A stretch of DNA of 64,000 bases from Eledone cirrhosa. Lineage: Eukaryota. A program made the translations under genes and the position numbers. The stretch lies in assembly GCA_964016885.1 (NCBI GenBank), contig OZ024741.1, positions 249,550,001-249,614,000 on the forward strand. The letters are read 5' to 3'. Every line of letters begins with the position of its first letter. Position 1 is the first letter of the stretch. The notes below the pieces were generated by a model. That model searched no databases. It had not been told where the DNA came from and saw only the letters and a list, made by a program, of their open reading frames with translations. Shown in pieces: positions 52,301 through 61,500 of the stretch.

Positions 52301-54780
52301 AATTTGTAAAAAAATCAAGGGGAGATAATTTCCAGCCGTCCAAGGGGAGATAATTTTCAGCCGTCCAAGGAGAGGTAATTTCTAGCCGTCCAAGGGGAGA
52401 TAATTTCCAGCCGTCCAAGGGGAGATAATTTTTTAAAAAAATCAGGCGGAGATAATTTGTAAACAAAAATCAGGGGGAGATAATTTGTAAAAAAAAATCA
52501 GGGGGAGATAATTTGTAAAAAAAAATCAGGGGGAGATAATTTGTAAAAAAAATCAAGGGGAGATAATTTCCAGCCGTCCAAGGGGAGGTAATATCTAGCC
52601 ATCCAAGGGGAGATAATTTCCAGCCGTCCAAGGGGAGATAATTTCCAGCCGTCCAAGGGGAGATAATATCCAGCCGTCCAAGGAGACATATTTTCCAGCC
52701 GTCCAAGGAGACGTAATTTCTAGCCGTCCAAGGGGAGATAAGTTCCAGCCTCCAAGGGGAGATAATTTCCAGCCAGCCAAGGGGAGATAATTTGTAAAAA
52801 AATTAGGGGGAGATAATTTGTAAAAAAAAATTAGGGGGAGATAATTTGTAAAAAAAAATCAGGGGGAGATAATTTGTAAAAAAAAATCAGGGGGAGATAA
52901 TTTGTAAAAAAAATCAAGGGGAGATAATTTCCAGCCGTCCAAGGGGAGATAATTTTCAGCCGTCCAAGGAGAGGTAAATTCTAGCCGTCCAAGGAGATAT
53001 AATTTCCAGCCGTCCAAGGGGAGATAATTTCCAGCCGTCCAAGGGGAGATAATTTTAAAAAAAAAATCAGGCGGAGATAATTTGTAAACAAAAATCAGGG
53101 GGAGATAATTTTAAAAAAAAAATCAGGGGGAGATAATTTGTAAAAAAAAATCAGGGGGAGATAATTTGTAAAAAAAATCAAGGGGAGATAATTTCCAGCC
53201 GTCCAAGGGGAGGTAATATCTAGCCATCCAAGGGGAGATAATTTCCTGCCGTCCAAGGGGAGATAATTTCCAGCCGTCCAAGGGGAGATAATATCCAGCC
53301 GTCCAAGGAGACATATTTTCCAGCCGTCCAAGGAGAGGTAATTTCTAGCCGTCCAAGGGGAGATAAGTTCCAGCCTCCAAGGGGAGATAATTTCCAGCCA
53401 GCCAAGGGGAGATAATTTGTAAAAAAATCAGGGGGGAGATAATTTGTAAAAAAAATCAGGGGGAGATAATTTGAAAAAAAAATCAGGGGGAGATAATTTG
53501 TAAAAAATATCAAGGGGAGATAATTTCCAGCCCTCCAAGGGGCTATAATTTCCAGCCGTGCAAGGGGAGATAATTTCCAGCCGTCCAAGGGGAGATAATT
53601 TCCATCCTTCCAAGGGGAGATAATTTCCAGCCGTCCAAGGGGAGATAATTTCCCGCCAGCCAAGGGAAGATAATTTTTTAAAAAATCAGGCGGAGATTGT
53701 AAAAAAAATCAGGGGGAGATAATTTGTGAAAAAAATCAGGGGGAGATAATTTGTAAAAAAAATCAGGGGGAGATAATTTGTAAAAAAAATCAGGGGTAGA
53801 TAATTTTCAGCCGTCCAAGGGGAGATAATTTCCATCCTTCCAAGGGGAGATAATTTCCAGCCGTCCAAGGGGAGATAATTTCCATCCTTCCAAGGGGAGA
53901 TAATTTCCAGCCGTCCAAGGGGAGATAATTTCCCGCCAGCCAAGGAGAGATAATATTTAAAAAAATCAGGCGGAGATAATTTGTAAAAAAAATCAGGGGG
54001 AGATAATTTGTAAAAAAATCAGGGGGAGATAATTTGTAAAAAAAAATCAGGGGGAGATAATTTGTAAAAAAAATCAGGGGGAGATAATTTGTAAAAAAAA
54101 ATCAGGGGTAGATAATTTGTAAAAAAAAATCAGGGGGAGATAATTTGTAAAAAAAAAATCAGGGGGAGATAATTTGTAAAAAAATCAAGGGGAGATAATT
54201 TCCAGCCGTCCAAGGGGAGATAATTTTCAGCCGTCCAAGGAGAGGTAATTTCTAGCCGTCCAAGGGGAGATAATTTCCAGCCGTCCAAGGGGAGATAATT
54301 TTTTTAAAAAAATCAGGCGGAGATAATTTGTAAACAAAAATCAGGGGGAGATAATTTGTAAAAAAAAATCAGGGGGAGATAATTTGTAAAAAAAAATCAG
54401 GGGGAGATAATTTGTAAAAAAAATCAAGGGGAGATAATTTCCAGCCGTCCAAGGGGAGGTAATATCTAGCCATCCAAGGGGAGATAATTTCCAGCCGTCC
54501 AAGGGGAGATAATTTCCAGCCGTCCAAGGGGAGATAATATCCAGCCGTCCAAGGAGACATATTTTCCAGCCGTCCAAGGAGACGTAATTTCTAGCCGTCC
54601 AAGGGGAGATAAGTTCCAGACTCCAAGGGGAGATAATTTCCAGCCAGCCAAGGGGAGATAATTTGTAAAAAAATTAGGGGGAGATAATTTGTAAAAAAAA
54701 ATTAGGGGGAGATAATTTGTAAAAAAAAATCAGGGGGAGATAATTTGTAAAAAAAAAATCAGGGGGAGATAATTTGTAAA
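42440..54780 (+). repeat. 5184-bp tandem duplication whose first copy contains an internal 1970-bp duplication (7154 bp in total)
   Basis: The offset is 7154 (42857->50011, 44421->51575, 46066->53220), then 5184 (48502->53686, 49157->54341). The internal offset is 1970 (45079->47049, 46066->48036), and 7154-1970=5184. Markers: GGGGTTGATA, CCAGACGT, CAGGTGGAG, TTCCTGCCGT, CCAGACTCC. Confidence 0.92.
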
Positions 54781-55599
54781 AAAAATCAAGGGGAGATAAT
54801 TTCCAGCCGTCCAAGGGGAGATAATTTTCAGCCGTCCAAGGAGAGGTAAATTCTAGCCGTCCAAGGAGATATAATTTCCAGCCGTCCAAGGGGAGATAAT
54901 TTCCAGCCGTCCAAGGGGAGATAATTTTTAAAAAAAAATCAGGCGGAGATAATTTCTAAACAAAAATCAGGGGGAGATAATTTTTTAAAAAAAATCAGGG
55001 GGAGATAATTTGTAAAAAAAAATCAGGGGGAGATAATTTGTAAAAAAAATCAAGGGGAGATAATTTCCAGCCGTCCAAGGGGAGGTAATATCTAGCCATC
55101 CAAGGGGAGATAATTTCCAGCCGTCCAAGGGGAGATAATTTCCAGCCGTCCAAGGGGAGATAATATCCAGCCGTCCAAGGAGACATATTTTCCAGCCGTC
55201 CAAGGAGAGGTAATTTCTAGCCGTCCAAGGGGAGATAAGTTCCAGCCTCCAAGGGGAGATAATTTCCAGCCAGCCAAGGGGAGATAATTTGTAAAAAAAT
55301 CAGGGGGGAGATAATTTGTAAAAAAAATCAGGGGGAGATAATTTGAAAAAAAAATCAGGGGGAGATAATTTGTAAAAAATATCAAGGGGAGATAATTTCC
55401 AGCCCTCCAAGGGGCTATAATTTCCAGCCGTGCAAGGGGAGATAATTTCCAGCCGTCCAAGGGGAGATAATTTCCATCCTTCCAAGGGGAGATAATTTCC
55501 AGCCGTCCAAGGGGAGATAATTTCCCGCCAGCCAAGGGAAGATAATTTTTTAAAAAATCAGGCGGAGATTGTAAAAAAAATCAGGGGGAGATAATTTGT

Positions 55600-58500
55600 A
55601 AAAAAATCAGGGGGAGATAATTTGTAAAAAAAAAATCAGGGGGAGATAATTTGTAAAAAAAAATCAGGGGGAGATAATTTGTAAAAAAAATCAGGGGGAG
55701 ATAATTTGTAAAAAAAATCAGGGGTAGATAATTTGTAAAAAAAATCAGGGGGAGATAATTTGTAAAAAAAATCAGGGGGAGATAATTTGTAAAAAAAATC
55801 AGGGGTAGATAATTTTCAGCCGTCCAAGGGGAGATAATTTCCATCCTTCCAAGGGGAGATAATTTCCAGCCGTCCAAGGGGAGATAATTTCCCGCCAGCC
55901 AAGGAGAGATAACATTTAAAAAAATCAGGCGGAGATAATTTGTAAAAAAATCAGGGGGAGATAATTTGTAAAAAAAAATCAGGGGTAGATAATTTCCAGC
56001 CGTCCAAGGGGAGATAATTTCCATCCTTCCAAGGGGAGATAATTTCCAGCCGTCCAAGGGGAGATAATTTCCCGCCAGCCAAGGAGAGATAATATTTAAA
56101 AAAATCAGGCGGAGATAATTTGTAAAAAAAATCAGGGGGAGATAATTTGTAAAAAAATCAGGGGGAGATAATTTGTAAAAAAAAATCAGGGGGAGATAAT
56201 TTGTAAAAAAAAATCAGGGGGAGATAATTTGTAAAAAAAAATCAGGGGTAGATAATTTGTAAAAAAAAATCAGGGTGAGATAATTTGTAAAAGAAAAATC
56301 AGGGGGAGATAATTTGTAAAAAAATCAAGGGGAGATAATTTCCAGCCGTCCAAGGGGAGATAATTTTCAGCCGTCCAAGGAGAGGTAATTTCTAGCCGTC
56401 CAAGGGGAGATAATTTCCAGCCGTCCAAGGGGAGATAATTTTTTTAAAAAAATCAGGCGGAGATAATTTGTAAACAAAAATCAGGGGGAGATAATTTGTA
56501 AAAAAAAATCAGGGGGAGATAATTTGTAAAAAAAAATCAGGGGGAGATAATTTGTAAAAAAAATCAAGGGGAGATAATTTGTCAAAAAAAATCAGGGGTA
56601 GATAATTTGTAAAAAAAAATCAGGGGGAGATAATTTGTAAAAAAAAAATCAGGGGGAGATAATTTGTAAAAAAATCAAGGGGAGATAATTTCCAGCCGTC
56701 CAAGGGGAGATAATTTTCAGCCGTCCAAGGAGAGGTAATTTCTAGCCGTCCAAGGCGAGATAATTTCCAGCCAGCCAAGGGGAGATAATTTGTAAAAAAA
56801 TCAGGGGTAGATAATTTGTAAAAAAAAATCAGGGGGAGATAATTTGTAAAAAAAATCAGGGGGAGATAATTTGTAAAAAAAATCAGGGGTAGATAATTTC
56901 CAGCCGTCCAAGGGGAGATAATTTCCATCCTTCCAAGGGGAGATAATTTCCAGCCGTCCAAGGGGAGATAATTTCCCGCCAGCCAAGGAGAGATAACATT
57001 TAAAAAAATCAGTCGGAGATAATTTGTAAAAAAAATCAGGGGGAGATAATTTGTAAAAAAATCAGGGGGAGATAATTTGTAAAAAAAATCAGGGGTAGAT
57101 AATTTCCAGCCGTCCAAGGGGAGATAATTTCCATCCTTCCAAGGGGAGATAATTTCCAGCCGTCCAAGGGGAGATAATTTCCCGCCAGCCAAGGAGAGAT
57201 AATATTTAAAAAAATCAGGCGGAGATAATTTGTAAAAAAAATCAGGGGGAGATAATTTGTAAAAAAATCAGGGGGAGATAATTTGTAAAAAAAAATCAGG
57301 GGAGATAATTTGTAAAAAAAATCAGGGGGAGATAATTTGTAAAAAAAAATCAGGGGTAGATAATTTGTAAAAAAAAATCAGGGGGAGATAATTTGTAAAA
57401 AAAAAATCAGGGGGAGATAATTTGTAAAAAAATCAAGGGCAGATAATTTCCAGCCGTCCAAGGGGAGATAATTTTCAGCCGTCCAAGGAGGTAATTTCTA
57501 GCCGTCCAAGGGGAGATAATTTCCAGCCGTCCAAGGGGAGATAATTTTTTTAAAAAAATCAGGCGGAGATAATTTGTAAACAAAAATCAGGGGGAGATAA
57601 TTTGTAAAAAAAAATCAGGGGGAGATAATTTGTAAAAAAAAATCAGGGGGAGATAATTTGTAAAAAAAATCAAGGGGAGATAATTTCCAGCCGTCCAAGG
57701 GGAGGTAATATCTAGCCATCCAAGGGGAGATAATTTCCAGCCGTCCAAGGGGAGATAATTTCCAGCCGTCCAAGGGGAGATAATATCCAGCCGTCCAAGG
57801 AGACATATTTTCCAGCCGTCCAAGGAGAGGTAATTTCTAGCCGTCCAAGGGGAGATAAGTTCCAGCCTCCAAGGGGAGATAATTTCCAGCCAGCCAAGGG
57901 GAGATAATTTGTAAAAAAATCAGGGGGAGATAATTTGTAAAAAAAAAATCAGGGGCAGATAATTTGTAAAAAAATCAGGGGGAGATAATTTGTAAAAAAA
58001 ATCAGGGGGAGATAATTTGTAGAAAAAATCAGGGGTAGATAATTTGTAAAAAAAATCAGGGGGAGATAATTTGTAAAAAAAATCAGGGGGAGATAATTTG
58101 TAAAAAAAATCAGGGGTAGATAATTTTCAGCCGTCCAAGGGGAGATAATTTCCATCCTTCCAAGGGGAGATAATTTCCAGCCGTCCAAGGGGAGATAATT
58201 TCCCGCCAGCCAAGGAGAGATAACATTTAAAAAATCAGGCGGAGATAATTTGTAAAAAAAATCAGGGGGAGATAATTTGTAAAAAAATCAGGGGGAGATA
58301 ATTTGTAAAAAAAATCAGGGGTAGATAATTTCCAGCCGTCCAAGGGGAGATAATTTCCATCCTTCCAAGGGGAGATAATTTCCAGCCGTCCAAGGGGAGA
58401 TAATTTCCCGCCAGCCAAGGAGAGATAATATTTAAAAAAATCAGGCGGAGATAATTTGTAAAAAAAATCAGGGGGAGATAATTTGTAAAAAAATCAGGGG

Positions 58501-61500
58501 GAGATAATTTGTAAAAAAAAATCAGGGGGAGATAATTTGTAAAAAAAATCAGGGGGAGATAATTTGTAAAAAAAAATCAGGGGTAGATAATTTGTAAAAA
58601 AAAATCAGGGGGAGATAATTTGTAAAAAAAAATCAGGGGGAGATAATTTGTAAAAAAATCAAGGGGAGATAATTTCCAGCCGTCCAAGGGGAGATAATTT
58701 TCAGCCGTCCAAGGAGAGGTAATTTCTAGCCGTCCAAGGGGAGAGAATTTCCAGCCGTCCAAGGGGAGATAATTTTTTTAAAAAAATCAGGCGGAGATAA
58801 TTTGTAAACAAAAATCAGGGGGAGATAATTTGTAAAAAAAAATCAGGGGGAGATAATTTGTAAAAAAAAATCAGGGGGAGATAATTTGTAAAAAAAATCA
58901 AGGGGAGATAATTTCCAGCCGTCCAAGGGGAGGTAATATCTAGCCATCCAAGGGGAGATAATTTCCAGCCGTCCAAGGGGAGATAATTTCCAGCCGTCCA
59001 AGGGGAGATAATTTCCATCCTTCCAAGGGGAGATAATTTCCAGCCGTCCAAGGGGAGATAATTTCCCGCCAGCCAAGGAGAGATAACATTTAAAAAAATC
59101 AGGCGGAGATAATTTGTAAAAAAAATCAGGGGGAGATAATTTGTAAAAAAAAATCAGGGGTAGATAATTTGTAAAAAAAAATCAGGGGGAGATAATTTGT
59201 AAAAAAAATCAGGGGGAGATAATTTGTAAAAAAAATCAAGGGGAGATAATTTGTAAAAAAAAATCAGGGGTAGATAATTTGTAAAAAAAAATCAGGGGGA
59301 GATAATTTGTAAAAAAAAAATCAGGGGGAGATAATTTGTAAAAAAATCAAGGGGAGATAATTTCCAGCCGTCCAAGGGGAGATAATTTTCAGCCGTCCAA
59401 GGAGAGGTAATTTCTAGCCGTCCAAGGGGAGATAATTTCCATCCAGCCAAGGGGAGATAATTTGTAAAAAAATCAGGGGTAGATAATTTGTAAAAAAAAA
59501 TCAGGGGGAGATAATTTGTAAAAAAAATCAGGGGGAGATAATTTGTAAAAAAAATCAGGGGTAGATAATTTCCAGCCGTCCAAGGGGAGATAATTTCCAT
59601 CCTTCCAAGGGGAGATAATTTCCAGCCGTCCAAGGGGAGATAATTTCCCGCCAGCCAAGGAGAGATAACATTTAAAAAAATCAGGCGGAGATAATTTGTA
59701 AAAAAAATCAGGGGGAGATAATTTGTAAAAAAATCAGGGGGAGATAATTTGTAAAAAAAATCAGGGGTAGATAATTTCCAGCCGTCCAAGGGGAGATAAT
59801 TTCCATCCTTCCAAGGGGAGATAATTTCCAGCCGTCCAAGGGGAGATAATTTCCCGCCAGCCAAGGAGAGATAATATTTAAAAAAATCAGGCGGAGATAA
59901 TTTGTAAAAAAAATCAGGGGGAGATAATTTGTAAAAAAATCAGGGGGAGATAATTTGTAAAAAAAAATCAGGGGAGATAATTTGTAAAAAAAATCAGGGG
60001 GTGATAATTTGTAAAAAAAATCAGGGGTAGATAATTTGTAAAAAAAAATCAGGGGGAGATAATTTGTAAAAAAAAAATCAGGGGGAGATAATTTGTAAAA
60101 AAATCAAGGGGAGATAATTTCCAACCGTCCAAGGGGAGATAATTTTCAGCCGTCCAAGGAGGTAATTTCTAGCCGTCCAAGGGGAGATAATTTCCAGCCG
60201 TCCAAGGGGAGATAATTTTTTTAAAAAAATCAGGCGGAGATAATTTGTAAACAAAAATCAGGGGGAGATAATTTGTAAAAAAAAATCAGGGGGAGATAAT
60301 TTGTAAAAAAAATCGAGGGGAGATAATTTCCAGCCGTCCAAGGGGAGGTAATATCTAGCCATCCAAAGGGAGATAATTTCCAGCCGTCCAAGGGGAGATA
60401 ATTTCCAGCCGTCCAAGGGGAGATAATATCCAGCCGTCCAAGGAGACATATTTTCCAGCCGTCCAAGGAGAGGTAATTTCTAGCCGTCCAAGGGGAGATA
60501 AGTTCCAGCCTCCAAGGGGAGATAATTTCCAGCCAGCCAAGGGGAGATAATTTGTAAAAAAATCAGGGGGAGATAATTTGTAAAAAAAAAATCAGGGGGA
60601 GATAATTTGTAAAAAAATCAGGGGGAGATAATTTGTAAAAAAAAAATCAGGGGGAGATAATTTGTAAAAAAAATCAGGGGGAGATAATTTGTAGAAAAAA
60701 TCAGGGGTAGATAATTTGTAAAAAAAATCAGGGGGAGATAATTTGTAAAAAAAATCAGGGGGAGATAATTTGTAAAAGAAATCAGGGGTAGATAATTTTC
60801 AGTCGTCCAAGGGGAGATAATTTCCATCCTTCCAAGGGGAGATAATTTCCAGCCGTCCAAGGGGAGATAATTTCCCGCCAGCCAAGGAGAGATAACATTT
60901 AAAAAAATCAGGCGGAGATAATTTGTAAAAAAAATCAGGGGGAGATAATTTGTAAAAAAATCAGGGGGAGATAATTTGTAAAAAAAATCAGGGGTAGATA
61001 ATTTCCAGCCGTCCAAGGGGAGATAATTTCCATCCTTCCAAGGGGAGATAATTTCCAGCCGTCCAAGGGGAGATAATTTCCCGCCAGCCAAGGAGAGATA
61101 ATATTTAAAAAAATCAGGCGGAGATAATTTGTAAAAAAAATCAGGGGGAGATAATTTGTAAAAAAATCAGGGGGAGATAATTTGTAAAAAAAAATCAGGG
61201 GGAGATAATTTGTAAAAAAAATCAGGGGGAGATAATTTGTAAAAAAAATCAGGGGTAGATAATTTGTAAAAAAAAATCAGGGGGAGATAATTTGTAAAAA
61301 AAAAATCAGGGGGAGATAATTTGTAAAAAAATCAAGGGGAGATAATTTCCAGCCGTCCAAAGGGAGATAATTTTCAGCCGTCCAAGGAGGTAATTTCTAG
61401 CCGTCCAAGGGGAGATAATTTCCAGCCGTCCAAGGGGAGATAATTTTTTTAAAAAAATCAGGCGGAGATAATTTGTAAACAAAAATCAGGGGGAGATAAT

